Source of the DNA: a virus
Taxonomy: Duplodnaviria > Caudoviricetes
DNA length: 63,823 bases
Direction: 5' to 3' (one strand)
IMG/VR virus record: IMGVR_UViG_3300031720_000003
Location: 1-63,823 of that record
In this document: one piece after another, positions 36,623 to 47,023 of the stretch
Layout: the number at the start of each line of letters is the position of its first letter
Position numbering within the stretch: position 1 is the stretch's first letter
Position numbers and translations under genes: made by a program
The notes under the pieces: model-generated
What the model was told of the DNA's origin: nothing
What the model saw: only the letters and a program-made list of their open reading frames with translations
Databases searched by the model: none

Positions 36623-37165
36623 CTACGCCGGGATCGTCCAGCAGTGGCAGCCCGGATGCACAGGTGGCGATCCGTCGGGCCAGTGGTCGTTCATACCGAT
36701 CGGTGACGCTGCGGCATTGGCCTGACAGCGTTTGCACTGTCCGCCCACCCAGTGCAGACGTTGCACATGGTTGGCGCGGTACACCTCCATGGCAGCGAGG
36801 TGTGCAGCCTTGGCCTGCTCGGTCTGTGCAAGCAGTTTCGCGCGGCGCTGGATAGCCGATGAGACCGCGCGCTCAGTGGTGCCCGCGTCGCTCGGTGTAG
36901 TGACGCTGCTGGCGATGCGATCGGCGACCTCGAAGAGCAGCGCGTGGGCTACTCCGTCTGCGATGGGCAGTTCGGCCAGACGCTCAACCACATGCGTGTG
37001 ATCGGGTACGGGAACCCCGAGTGCATCCGCCGCACGTTTGGCCCCTGCTAAGGCGCCGAGATTCCACAGCGCTCGCAGCGCGGTGACGACGGCGTCGAGG
37101 ACGACGCCGAGGTTGAGCAGGACGGCGAGCGCCGCATCACGGGCCCGGGCGCGGGGGTCGCTCAT
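36623..37165 (-). CDS. MuF-like minor head protein
   Basis: AQTE...W...CKRC...PPVHPGCHC. Confidence 0.75.
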   Translation of the reverse strand: MSDPRARARDAALAVLLNLGVVLDAVVTALRALWNLGALAGAKRAADALGVPVPDHTHVVERLAELPIADGVAHALLFEVADRIASSVTTPSDAGTTERAVSSAIQRRAKLLAQTEQAKAAHLAAMEVYRANHVQRLHWVGGQCKRCQANAAASPIGMNDHWPDGSPPVHPGCHCWTIPA

Positions 37166-37292
37166 GCCAAGCCAGCTCGTAGGCGATCAGCAGGATGAGC
37201 ACGATCACGGCAGCTCCCCACAGCCAATGCAGCGAGATGCCCCCGCCCAGCAGGGCAAGGATGAGCAGGATGGCAACGAAGAGCAGCAGCAT
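37137..37292 (-). CDS. 51-aa hydrophobic membrane protein
   Basis: MLLLFVAILLILALLGGGISLHWLWGAAVIVLILLIAY...; TGATG coupling to the portal gene. Confidence 0.55.
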   Translation of the reverse strand: MLLLFVAILLILALLGGGISLHWLWGAAVIVLILLIAYELAWHERPPRPGP

Positions 37293-39517
37293 CAGGCTGT
37301 CGCGTTCTGCGCAGCTGCAATGGCCTGCTGACGGGTCGCCTCGGGAATGAGCGCGGACAAGGCTGCATGCAGATCCGCGTCGTCGGCGTGGCGCAGGAAG
37401 GCACGATCCACCTCCTCACGGGTGGTGGCTTTGCCCAACTCCGCCCAAATCTTCTCGCTCAGCGCATCGGGCAGTGCTGCATCGGTGAATCGGCGCGGGC
37501 TGAGTCCCTTGCGCAGCCGGTTGCGGGCGTTCTCCCGCCAACGGCGCAGGATGCTCGCGATCTCATCCGTGTCGGGCTCGACCATGTCCACACCAGTCAT
37601 GCCCGTGCTCGCGGTGATCCCTGCGGTGGCTTCGGCTTTGTCGAGCCGCGCGAGCAGGCGATCCACGGTCGTCAGGGCTGCCTTGAGCGCCTCCTGGTCG
37701 TCGTCCAGCGAGCCCACCGCAGTGTCGGCTGGGAAGGGGGCGGGTTGTCCGCTGGTGATCGCATTCATGTTGCGCGACATCTCAGCGGTGGCTTGATCGG
37801 CGAGCTGGTTGTCCTTGGAGCCGATGGGTGGCATCACCCCGGGCATGGGCACGAAGGGATGCGGCACCAAGGGCGCTCCTTTGGCTGGCCCGAAGGTCTC
37901 GGGATCGATGTCTCCCGCCATCGACTCCAGTGCGATCAGCGGGATGGGACCGCTTCTGGTGTTGTCGATGAAGCGCGGGGTGGGCCGGTTCAATGACACC
38001 GGATAGCCGAGACGCGCGCGGGGTTCATCCGGTGAGATGACCCCAGTGCGGATATAGACCGCTTCTGCATTGGCGGTGCTGAGCCGGTCCTCGATCTCGC
38101 GGCCGGTGTCCATGCGCAGCCGCACCCGGAGCTTGAGGTGCTCCGAGAGGAACAGGTTGATGACATCTTCGACGTGCTTGATGAGCGGCAGCGTGCCAAC
38201 CCTGAACTGCACATCGACCTGCACTTCGCTGGTCGCTTTGTTCACCGTCTCGGTGAAACCGAGGTCAGCAGGCGTGACGCCGTGTGCTGCGCAGGTTCGC
38301 CGCATGAGATAGAGCGGGAACTCGGAGTCGAACTCGTCCGATCCCGGGCCCACCGGCTGATACTTCGAGCCCGCTGGCACCCAGCGGATCTGGCGCAGCT
38401 TGGACTGGTCGCCGATCATCAGCGCGTCCCAGGTGTTCTGCCACTCTGCGATCTGCGCGGGGTCGGAGAGATCCGGTGGCGCTTCCATGAATCCTGCTGG
38501 GATCGAGCCCTGCGCGAAGTAGTTGAGGAAGTGCCACTGGAAGCGCAGATCCGTGTTTGCGGTGAGCATCACCGCCTCGAGCGGCGCGCGACCGTACTGC
38601 GAATCCGGCTCGGGATTGAGCGGCTGGTAGACGAGATCGTCAGCTGCCAGCCAGTCCCAGGGCATGCCTTCGATGACCTGCACGTAGGCTGGCGCTACCT
38701 CACCGTGGAAGGTGCCTGCGGGTGAGACGTTCGGGTCAGCATCGTCCTCATCAGTGACGACGCGTCCGTAGTAATCGAGTTGCGGCACGATGCTGGTTCC
38801 CGACACCACCTCGAGTGCGATGGGATCGCCCGCGCGATTGCGGCGGATGTAGAGCGCGCCCGCATCGAAGCGGATGACATCGGTGAGGTACTCGGCCAAC
38901 CAGGCGCGGAAGGGCTGCCGCTTGTCCGGCGAATCGAAGAACTGCCGCGCTTTGATGATGTCGTCGGACACATCCTCGCGAATGCCGATCGCCGCCTCGA
39001 AGTGATAATCGAGCGAGCGCACATCGTTGATGAGGTGGCGCGTGGCAATTTGCGCGATGTCATAGGCTTCCCAGAGCGCCTTGATGGTGGCGAAGGAGAT
39101 GCGCCCCGCGCGCGGCGAGACCTGGGTGTTGACCCCTATCTGGTAGTCGAAGGTGCGCGCCGGCTGGCGATAGCCGAAGAAGGGATCCAGCGGCCGACCC
39201 GGGGAGAAGGGCGGTGCCATGGAGAGGCCCTGCCGCTGCAGCGCGAGTTCGACCTGCTCCGGGGTGCGCTTGAAGGTGCTGGCCAGGTTGGAAGTGACCC
39301 GGTTAAGCAGGGATTGGCTGGCTGCACCCAGCGGCGTGCCCCATGAGGAGGTGCCGTTCATGTCCCCCCCGTAGGGGATCACCCCCACCCCGGCCTTGCG
39401 CACCGTCTGATCAGCGAGGAGGGCGCCCACGGTAGCGTCGATGGCCTTGCTGAAGGCGAGAGCGTCAGCTGATTTCTGGGCGTCTCGGGAGCGACGAAAG
39501 GGAAGCGAGAACGCCAT
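37292..39517 (-). CDS. portal protein
   Basis: YGRAPLE, YFAQGSIPAG, HGVTPADLG..ETVNKATS, ISPDEPRARLG. Confidence 0.9.
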   Translation of the reverse strand: MAFSLPFRRSRDAQKSADALAFSKAIDATVGALLADQTVRKAGVGVIPYGGDMNGTSSWGTPLGAASQSLLNRVTSNLASTFKRTPEQVELALQRQGLSMAPPFSPGRPLDPFFGYRQPARTFDYQIGVNTQVSPRAGRISFATIKALWEAYDIAQIATRHLINDVRSLDYHFEAAIGIREDVSDDIIKARQFFDSPDKRQPFRAWLAEYLTDVIRFDAGALYIRRNRAGDPIALEVVSGTSIVPQLDYYGRVVTDEDDADPNVSPAGTFHGEVAPAYVQVIEGMPWDWLAADDLVYQPLNPEPDSQYGRAPLEAVMLTANTDLRFQWHFLNYFAQGSIPAGFMEAPPDLSDPAQIAEWQNTWDALMIGDQSKLRQIRWVPAGSKYQPVGPGSDEFDSEFPLYLMRRTCAAHGVTPADLGFTETVNKATSEVQVDVQFRVGTLPLIKHVEDVINLFLSEHLKLRVRLRMDTGREIEDRLSTANAEAVYIRTGVISPDEPRARLGYPVSLNRPTPRFIDNTRSGPIPLIALESMAGDIDPETFGPAKGAPLVPHPFVPMPGVMPPIGSKDNQLADQATAEMSRNMNAITSGQPAPFPADTAVGSLDDDQEALKAALTTVDRLLARLDKAEATAGITASTGMTGVDMVEPDTDEIASILRRWRENARNRLRKGLSPRRFTDAALPDALSEKIWAELGKATTREEVDRAFLRHADDADLHAALSALIPEATRQQAIAAAQNATA

Positions 39518-39846
39518 TACGGGCTCGCGGTCTCGGCGTCATGTCGTAGCTTCGCACCGAGACAAAACAGCAGCCCGTGCATGATGAGGCGGTACACGTA
39601 TTCCGCCTCCTGCTCGGTAAGCGTCGACGCCGGATCAGCGAGTTCGCGAGCACCAATCCGAATGCCAACGCGACTAGCGCCCTCGCGTGGATCCTCTGGA
39701 TTAGTGCTGTGAACGAACCACAGCGTCACGTCCTGACGCACGACTTCATCGGGAAGATGTGCGGTGCCGATGTCAGCGGGAAGCGGCTCCAGCGATGGCA
39801 AATGCGCCATCGCCTCATCCCAGAGTGCGTCGCCGTACCACGTCAT
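39517..39846 (-). CDS. hypothetical protein
   Basis: Coupled between the terminase and portal genes. Confidence 0.55.
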   Translation of the reverse strand: MTWYGDALWDEAMAHLPSLEPLPADIGTAHLPDEVVRQDVTLWFVHSTNPEDPREGASRVGIRIGARELADPASTLTEQEAEYVYRLIMHGLLFCLGAKLRHDAETASP

Positions 39847-41669
39847 TGCCCGTCGCTCCTCTGTGCGCCGCAGTACACGCAGTGCCCATCACCAAACCAG
39901 CGGTGCTGGCAGGTCGCTGAGGGTTTGGGGATCTCCGGGGCGTCGGGGCCGAGCAGGTAGTCGCGCGGTGAGGCAGCGGGGAGCGCCGCAACCGCCGGCC
40001 CCGGTGGCCCGCTGTTGCCGTTCGCGACTGCGGTCTGCTCCCCTTGCTTGCCGAGTTCCTGTTTGAGGTAGCTGAGCCACCCGGCGCCCATGCTCGGTCT
40101 CGATGCTGCGCGGTCGTGAGCCATCACCGCAGCGATGGCAAGGTCGATCTTGCGCGGTGACCATTTGTTCTGCTTGCGCAGCCGGCGTCCCCGGTAGTCG
40201 TCGTTGACCACCGCGTTGCCGAGATGGCGGGTCAAACGCTCATCGCCAGAATGAGTGAGCGTGCCGTTGACCACAGCGGTCTGAAACCGCGCGGTAGCCG
40301 GGCACATACGTTCGGGAGTTTGAGGATACTCCACCACCGGGAGGCCCTCTTTGGCGAGGGCCTGCATGGTGCGAGCCCAGCGATAGGGGTCGAAGAGCAG
40401 CTCCCGCACACGCCAGCGCTTGCAGGCGGTACGGATCACGCCCTCGACTTCCTCGATGGGCACCGTCCACTCGCCCTCGCCGGCCTCAGGACGCTCCCAC
40501 ACCCCGACCACGTCGAGATGCGGCCGATCCCCACAGGCGGCCACCATGATCCCGGTGCTGTCGTCGTTGTACGACCCGTCCACGGCCAGCATCACGTCAA
40601 CGCCATCGGGCACCGGCCCGGGCACCGCACGGTCTGGCCAGGGGCGGGTGACCTCAGCCCAGGATTCCGCCGTTCCCGACCAGACCTGGTTGAAATAGAA
40701 GCGCCGGGAGATGGACTCCGAGGTGGTGGGGTCGCGCATCTCGGCGAGCACGCGGGTGAGATCCACCCACACCGAATCACCCCGCGCCGCTCGCAGCCCC
40801 TCCATGACCACGGGGTCGGGGAGGTTGTTCAGAGCGATGGGTTTGCCGTCGTCGCCGAGGATCAGCGGGGCCTCAACCGAGTCGTAGTAGACGCCCTCGA
40901 GCTGGCCGTCGGACTGCCGCCACGCCTCATAGGTGGCTTCTGCCACCGAGCCCTCCTCGACCAGGTGGGCGTTGGTGATCTCCATCACCCGCGCAGCGCC
41001 GTCTCGAGACTTGCCGAGGTTCCGGCGGATCGCCGACATCATGGCGGCACCGTCGTTGGCAGCCAGCCAGTGCGCGGTCTCATCGGCCACCACCAGCGAG
41101 GGCCGGCCGCCTTCCAGCGCTCTCGGGGAACTCGTCACCGCCTCGATTCGGGCGGCTCCCTTGCGGCTGTAGATGATCAGCTTGCCGATGTCGACGTCGT
41201 ACTCATCGAGCGCGGCGCGTGAGAAGAGTCCCGGGAACACCGTCATGGTGTTGCGGGTCTGGTCCTGGTTGACCGCAGCGATCTGCACCCAGGGGGCCGG
41301 ATGGGGAATGGCCACCGGACGCTTGCGCGCGTCCCAGCCGCCGAATCGGCAGGGACCACAGAGCTCGACAGCTGCGAGCGCCGCGAGAAAAGGTGACTTG
41401 CCCTAACCCCACCCCTTCATTCGACGCAAGACGCCGCGCCGATGGACGAACCGGCCCTCGTCGTTCACTTCGTACCAGCGCAGGATGATCTTGGCCTGCT
41501 CGGTGGTGAACTCCCAGGGCTGGCCGGCATTGGGGCCGTCAGGCTGCGTTAGGTTGTCAGCCGTCCATTCCAAGACCGCCCAGCCGAGCGTGCGATCCTC
41601 GGGTGGCACCACGTCGGGCCAGGAGCGGATCGATGGGGGTAGCGTCAGAGAAGGGGTGGAAATTTGCAA
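39843..41669 (-). CDS. terL: terminase large subunit, interrupted by an in-frame TAG at 41403-41405
   Basis: LRRMKGWG*GKSPF Walker A; VVADET Walker B; AVDGSYNDDSTG; KIDLAIAAVMA; strong RBS before TTG at 41669. Confidence 0.9.
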
Positions 41670-41714
41670 CTCACCTCCTTCCCTGTTACGTATCGTGTTA
41701 CGTATCATGGCCGC

Positions 41715-41927
41715 GTGACCTGTCCTGAGTGCGGCATGTCTGAGTGGCGCGGCATCGCGCAGCACCGTCCAACCTGCTCACGCAGCACCCGGTCGACGCC
41801 GGCCGACGACAAGCGCCGGGTGTGTGCTGGCTGCGGTAAGACGTATCAGCCAGCGCCCACCGGGCGACCCTCGCGTTTCTGCACGGCCGCCTGCCGAGTT
41901 ACGACGTGGCGAGCGCAGCGATCCTAG
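41715..41927 (+). CDS. small antisense Zn-finger protein
   Basis: CAGCGK...GRPSRFCTAACR; TATCAT just upstream (leaderless). Confidence 0.55.
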   Translation: MTCPECGMSEWRGIAQHRPTCSRSTRSTPADDKRRVCAGCGKTYQPAPTGRPSRFCTAACRVTTWRAQRS

Positions 41928-42346
41928 CCAGCGACCGCCTTCCGGTAACGATGCAGCTGCACGACCGAGTTCGGCACGGGTGGAGCACCCTTCTCCAGCT
42001 CGATCCGAGCCCGGCGTCGAGCCCCCTCAGTGGTCAGCAATTCAGTCATGGCCGCCATCACCGAGGCGAACAACTGGGCCGAGAACCGGCTCTGCTCGAG
42101 GTTGCGCGACATCGCCTCAGCCACATAGCGCGCGGTCAGCCAGTCCGACTCCTCATAGAAGCGCGACTGCCCCGACTGCCCGAGGGAACGAAACCACTCC
42201 TGGGCCATCGGTGCCCACGACGGATCCGGCTCGGGTGCTGGACGATCCGCCGCCCCCGAGGGAGCGGTGATCACCGGTACCTCGGGCTTGTTGCGCCGGC
42301 GTCGCTCCTCAGATCGCTTCGGCAACGGGCCGTCACCAGGCATCAA
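41924..42346 (-). CDS. terS: terminase small subunit
   Basis: GPLPKRSEERRRRNKP...SGQSRFYEESDW...LLTTEGARRRARIE. Confidence 0.85.
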   Translation of the reverse strand: MMPGDGPLPKRSEERRRRNKPEVPVITAPSGAADRPAPEPDPSWAPMAQEWFRSLGQSGQSRFYEESDWLTARYVAEAMSRNLEQSRFSAQLFASVMAAMTELLTTEGARRRARIELEKGAPPVPNSVVQLHRYRKAVAG

Positions 42347-42442
42347 ATCGCTCCAAATCGTTCGTCGGCGATGGGACCCGTACGCAATCGGAGACGACCC
42401 GGCCCATGTGAGCGTGGTGGGTTGAGGTAATTTTTGGGTTCA

Positions 42443-42787
42443 CTAGAATTTGGTGGAGGGGAGGATGGTGATAGCCGCGGTGGGACGGTCACGCTTGGCG
42501 GAGTTGCAGGACTGACAGAGCACGGATACGCCCGTGTGTGCGGTGCCTCCGAGGGCTACGGGGAAGGTGTGATCGAGGCTCAGCTTGTGGGTGGACATGC
42601 ACGGCCCTGTGTGGCGGACACAACCTGCGCAGGTGCAGTGCTTGACCTTGGCGCGTTCGCGTCTGCTGAGGGCCTGCCACTGGGGGCCATAAGCTGCGTT
42701 GTGATACAGGGCGGCACAGGGTGCGCATCTACCGTCCATGGCTCGGGTGAGCTCGCCGCAGTGCAGGCAGGGACGGGGCAACCTCAC
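42443..42787 (-). CDS. packaging-associated HNH endonuclease
   Basis: YGPQWQALS...DHTFPVALGG...LCQSCNSAK, upstream of terS. Confidence 0.85.
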   Translation of the reverse strand: MRLPRPCLHCGELTRAMDGRCAPCAALYHNAAYGPQWQALSRRERAKVKHCTCAGCVRHTGPCMSTHKLSLDHTFPVALGGTAHTGVSVLCQSCNSAKRDRPTAAITILPSTKF

Positions 42788-42983
42788 AGCGGCCAGCCTG
42801 ACCTCAGCGCGCCAGCATTGAGGCGAATGTAGCGGGTCAGCTCAGCAACACAGAGGGGACAGACCACGTCGAGGTCATCTCCCAGCCAGTAGAGCAGGTC
42901 GCAGCGTGGGCATTGCGCAGCTCCCGTGGGGATCGATTCCGGCTCGAGCGGTTCGTCCAGATAGGTCGGCTGAACTGGAACGC

Positions 42984-43784
42984 CTAGCCGCTCTGCACCC
43001 AGGCGCCCCATCCGGTCCATGCCTTGTAATTGCCAGCCTTCTCGTACACGTGCATGCCGCCGTCGCTGGTCTTCACCAGTGCGCGACAGGCGATGAAGGT
43101 CGTTGGAATGCCGGTGTAGAGGCCGGTCACTCCGACAACCTGGCCGCCCGAAACTGGAACGCCGAGATCCTCGGTTGCCTTGTGGACAGCGCCGACCTCG
43201 TAGTGATGCCAGACGTGGCCTGAGCACGCGTCGAAGACGAAAATATCGCCGTCATCCTGACCGGGGCGCTTGGCGTTCCAGCCGGGGGCGAAGTTGCCCA
43301 CGTCATCGTCCTCCGTAAACGGGATCGGGGCGGGCTGCAGTGAGGGGATCGGGGCCTGGAATTGCACGTACTCGTGCTGGCTCGCCGCCAGATAGGCGGG
43401 GAATGTCGCCGGGGGCAGCACGCCACCCCAGGCCGGGTTCATCAGCCAGCCGGGCGGCGGGTCGCCCGGAAGTTGGGGCGTGGGTTGGAGGCCGAACTGG
43501 GCCGCCACCCGGATCAGCCCGTTCCAGCCCGTGCCGTAGCTGGGATTGGTGCCGGCGTCCTGCTCGAGCGTGTGCGCCGGCGGAACTGGAAGCCCGCGAT
43601 CCTCGAGGGCGGAGATGAGCACGCCTTCAGCACAGTCGAAGTCGGGATACCAGCCGCCGATGTGCAGCTGGTTGACCGGGTGCGTGGTGGCGAAGCTCGA
43701 GCAGCGCACGAAGTGGCCATCCGGCCCGCCCGCCTGGGGCTGACCCTGCGGCGTCGCCCTGATCAAGAGAACGCTGTCGTTCAC
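42984..43784 (-). CDS. putative endolysin (Cys-peptidase-like)
   Basis: NQL...DCAEGVL catalytic-Cys-like segment; near the holin-like gene. Confidence 0.45.
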   Translation of the reverse strand: MNDSVLLIRATPQGQPQAGGPDGHFVRCSSFATTHPVNQLHIGGWYPDFDCAEGVLISALEDRGLPVPPAHTLEQDAGTNPSYGTGWNGLIRVAAQFGLQPTPQLPGDPPPGWLMNPAWGGVLPPATFPAYLAASQHEYVQFQAPIPSLQPAPIPFTEDDDVGNFAPGWNAKRPGQDDGDIFVFDACSGHVWHHYEVGAVHKATEDLGVPVSGGQVVGVTGLYTGIPTTFIACRALVKTSDGGMHVYEKAGNYKAWTGWGAWVQSG

Positions 43785-44281
43785 GACGGCTTACGGCGGT
43801 GCTCTTGAATGTAGGCTTCGGCGCGATCCCTCCACCCTTGGTCTTCGAACCGCCCAAGCAACCCGTTGCATCCAGCGCACAGGAGCCCTCGAATGCAGTT
43901 CCCACATGTCCGCTTGGGGGACTTGACATTGCAGCAGGCGTGGTCGTGATCGACGTGGTATTTCTCAAGGGGTCGCTCACAAATCGCGCACTTCATGCCT
44001 TGAGCCATCAGCATTTGGTCGAGCTGCTCGAGCGTTAGCCCATAGGTCCGCACCATGAACAGCTCTCGCAACTGTGTGCGATTCGCCTGTCTATAAGCGA
44101 CCTGCTTGGCTTGAATCCGCTCTTTGTTGGCTGCGTAGTGCTTCTGATAGACCTGCTTTCGACGAGCCTTGCGCTCCTCAGGCGAAAGCTTGACCTTCAC
44201 AGGAACGCCCAACTTGCGCCGCCGCCTCTCCTTCGACGCACGAGAACACGCTCGCGCCTTTTCAGGATCGGCATACGGCAT
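43781..44281 (-). CDS. endonuclease VII-type HNH protein
   Basis: YGLTLEQ...QGMKCAIC...HVDHDH...IRGLLCAGCNGLLG. Confidence 0.9.
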   Translation of the reverse strand: MPYADPEKARACSRASKERRRRKLGVPVKVKLSPEERKARRKQVYQKHYAANKERIQAKQVAYRQANRTQLRELFMVRTYGLTLEQLDQMLMAQGMKCAICERPLEKYHVDHDHACCNVKSPKRTCGNCIRGLLCAGCNGLLGRFEDQGWRDRAEAYIQEHRRKPS

Positions 44282-44314
44282 GGCCTAGCTACGAGCCAGA
44301 CAGCATCGAACACG

Positions 44315-44509
44315 TCACCCAGCGGGTGCTGACTTGTTCGGCACGAAGTAGACGGCCAGCGTGGTGACGATCGCCGCAGCGATGGTCAGCAGCAGCTGGC
44401 GCAGGTCGAAGTTCGGCCCGAGGTTGGTGACCGCCGTGATGATGGCGGCCAAGCCAGTGATGAGGCCGGCGATCACCGCCTTGGCGACGGGGGAACTGGG
44501 CACGGGCAC
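44315..44509 (-). CDS. putative holin
   Basis: KAVIAGLI...; two TM helices; VYFVPN C-terminus. Confidence 0.7.
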   Translation of the reverse strand: MPVPSSPVAKAVIAGLITGLAAIITAVTNLGPNFDLRQLLLTIAAAIVTTLAVYFVPNKSAPAG

Positions 44510-44711
44510 TCCTCTATATATGCGGGCGAACTGGGCGGACGGCATGCGCAACCGTCACAGGATCGTTACACATAAACCGCCTCACGACACTGGACATACG
44601 TACCGCGCGATGGTACAGTCGTCATATGGAACAGCACCCCATGGAGGACAGGCCCATGGACGACGACGCGATCGACAGATGGCTAGATGACGGCGGGGCC
44701 GTGGGATCAGA

Positions 44712-45212
44712 TCAATGACCGGCCAGACGCTTCAGCGACCGGGCTGGCCAACGCCGACGATCCCGCTCCCGCCGACAGATTCGGCACTTGCGCGAACCGT
44801 TGTAGACCTCAACCTTCGTGTTCTCGGGGCTGTACGGATGCCCACGGGGACAGTGCGTCTTGCGGAGGTTGGCACCCGGCCGAGTGTGGCCGCTTCGGAT
44901 GTTCTCGCGATGGGTGGCCAGTCGGAGGTGTCCGAGGCGAACGCAGGCCCGGTGGATGCACTTCCCTTCGCAGGTTGCCTTGTTGTGACAGACATGGTCA
45001 ACCTCGAAGCCCTCAACACCGCCCACCATGATCGAGTACACGACGCGGTGGGCGTCGCGGACTTTGCCGTCCCAGTAGATGTGTCCATAGCCCGTCGCGC
45101 CACGGGCACCGACCCACAAGTAACAGGCTTCACCCTCACCGAAGGCGATCTTCGCGACCATGCGCGGTGGCAAGAGTTCACGGTAAGCGCTGGGTGCGAG
45201 ATCCACTATCAC
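44712..45212 (-). CDS. HNH homing endonuclease
   Basis: CYLWVG...AHRVVY...VDHVCHN...HCPRGHPY...CRIC. Confidence 0.85.
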   Translation of the reverse strand: MIVDLAPSAYRELLPPRMVAKIAFGEGEACYLWVGARGATGYGHIYWDGKVRDAHRVVYSIMVGGVEGFEVDHVCHNKATCEGKCIHRACVRLGHLRLATHRENIRSGHTRPGANLRKTHCPRGHPYSPENTKVEVYNGSRKCRICRRERDRRRWPARSLKRLAGH

Positions 45213-45250
45213 CGCTCATTTTACGAGCGCAACGAAGGCGGGGCGGCTCG

Positions 45251-45460
45251 ATGAATCACCTGCTCGCGCTCGCCTGGTCGTTCGGGCTCTTGGGTTCGGG
45301 CGGCTACGTCGACGACGACTCGCCGATGCTCTACCTGCCCCAGATTCAGCAGACGGTGAGCATCGATCAGTCCGACTGCTTCGGGTTCACGCTCGGCGTC
45401 ATGAGCGGGGAACTCGCCATCGAAGTGCTGGCAGGACCGCCCTGCCAACCGGAGAGCTGA
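45251..45460 (+). CDS. hypothetical protein
   Basis: ORF in the small rightward operon. Confidence 0.45.
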   Translation: MNHLLALAWSFGLLGSGGYVDDDSPMLYLPQIQQTVSIDQSDCFGFTLGVMSGELAIEVLAGPPCQPES

Positions 45461-45462
45461 AG

Positions 45463-45918
45463 ATGAGCGCTTTCATGGTTAGCAAGGGTCACATCGACCG
45501 ACTCGTCGCCCTCGCGATCTACGGACCGAGTGATGGCGGCGTCTGGTGGGGCAAGGATGACAACGTCGCGGACACACTGGGCGCAATGCTCACCGCTGAA
45601 AACCTGCGCAGCATCCACGCTCGCTACCCCGACACCATCAACGATCCCGACGCTGTGCCGGGTTCGGGTGACTGGGAGACTCCGTACGTTTTTCCGGTGA
45701 CCACCGAGCGCATCTCGGCCATCGAAGGGCTCAACGCGCTGGCCTGCTACGAGTATCAGGCGTGTGAGACCGACGACTGGCTGACCACTGAGGCGCACGA
45801 GTTCTGCGAGGGCCTCCGCGATCGGCTCTGCAGCGTGCTCTCCAGCCGTGCGACCCGGGGCTGGGACGATTGGGATCGGCACCCGGTGCCGCTTGACCGT
45901 TTCGCGGAGGCACGTTGA
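45463..45918 (+). CDS. conserved phage protein
   Basis: MSAFMVSKGHID...ENLRSIHARYPD...CYEYQACETDDW. Confidence 0.7.
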   Translation: MSAFMVSKGHIDRLVALAIYGPSDGGVWWGKDDNVADTLGAMLTAENLRSIHARYPDTINDPDAVPGSGDWETPYVFPVTTERISAIEGLNALACYEYQACETDDWLTTEAHEFCEGLRDRLCSVLSSRATRGWDDWDRHPVPLDRFAEAR

Positions 45919-46112
45919 TGGCCCCACTCACCCACACCGTCACCTACCACGACCCGGACGGCTCGCGGCACAGTTTCGAACTGCCGGACATCGTCTTTGC
46001 GGCCCGCTCACTGTTCAGCGAGCGTCCGTCGGAGGTGGTCGCCTACTACATCGAGCAGGATCGGATGGGGCGTCAGTGTGAGGCCGAGCACGCGCTGCGG
46101 ACAGCAGCATGA
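45918..46112 (+). CDS. hypothetical protein
   Basis: Translationally coupled ORF. Confidence 0.5.
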   Translation: MAPLTHTVTYHDPDGSRHSFELPDIVFAARSLFSERPSEVVAYYIEQDRMGRQCEAEHALRTAA

Positions 46113-46339
46113 CCCGGATCGATCTCAGTCTCGACGACACCCGCCGACTCACCGCCGCGGTGGCCGAGCATGGCTCGGTCGATGCTCTGCTTGAGGCAGC
46201 GGCAAAGCGCCGCGCCAACGCCAAGCCGACGCTGTCGGCCCGCGACGTGCTCGACGCCTACAACCTCAAGCTACTCAGCCGTGATGAGGCCCGGCGCCTG
46301 CTCGGCATCCGCAGCGCGCGCCGGAGGACAACGGCATGA
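46109..46339 (+). CDS. small DNA-binding-like protein
   Basis: LLSRDEARRLLGI. Confidence 0.5.
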   Translation: MTRIDLSLDDTRRLTAAVAEHGSVDALLEAAAKRRANAKPTLSARDVLDAYNLKLLSRDEARRLLGIRSARRRTTA

Positions 46340-46475
46340 CCGCCCTCTGGCTCGGGCTCATCCTCGCAGGCATCGTCACTTGGGGGCGGCTGGTGCTGCT
46401 CCCCACTGACGCCGAGCGAGTGGACGTTCACGGTCTCGAGCGGATCGCCCGCTGCTTGATGGAGGATCTCTGAAC

Positions 46476-46682
46476 ATGCCAGACGTGCCCTGCGATCCCG
46501 TCGGTGAGCGAGAGATCGCCGATCGACTGGGGCTCGCACGGGGAACGATCCACAAGTGGCGGCAACGGGGACAGCTCCCCGCGCCCGAATTTACGATCAG
46601 CGGTCAGCCGGCCTGGAACTGGGCGACGGTTGTCGATGCCCGACTCCGGCACAACCGGCGACCGCGCAAGGAGCCATCATGA
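46476..46682 (+). CDS. AlpA/MerR-like HTH protein
   Basis: VGEREIADRLGLARGTIHKWRQRGQLPAP...PAWNW. Confidence 0.75.
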   Translation: MPDVPCDPVGEREIADRLGLARGTIHKWRQRGQLPAPEFTISGQPAWNWATVVDARLRHNRRPRKEPS

Positions 46683-47023
46683 GTCGCACCACATCCGTCA
46701 CCACGGACGGCGCCGGCAACGTCATCGCCACCACGCGAAGCAAAACGAGCTTTTGCGGTTGCGGTGGCCTGCTGACGCTCTTGGTCGCCGTGTTTTGCGT
46801 ATATGCGCCCGGCTATTACGCCGCACACGACAATTGGCCGCTCGGATGGGCCGGCGCGGTGCTCGCCTACGTTGTCATGGCGGGCATCATCATTGCCGCG
46901 GTGGCAGCAGCCATGAAGCGACAGCGCCCGGTCAATGTGACGCCACAAGCGCCACCGCCGCCGATGCATGTGCCATCGGTGCGTCGGCCGATCATCCCGC
47001 CACCACCCCCACCCGTGCGATGA
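46679..47023 (+). CDS. two-TM membrane protein
   Basis: Two hydrophobic helices and a Pro-rich tail. Confidence 0.6.
   Translation: MSRTTSVTTDGAGNVIATTRSKTSFCGCGGLLTLLVAVFCVYAPGYYAAHDNWPLGWAGAVLAYVVMAGIIIAAVAAAMKRQRPVNVTPQAPPPPMHVPSVRRPIIPPPPPPVR

Noticed and set aside
41403-41405. Genome-wide TAG reassignment
   Set aside because: Many genes end normally in TAG (e.g. 15152, 15616, 10212) and no suppressor tRNA is seen.
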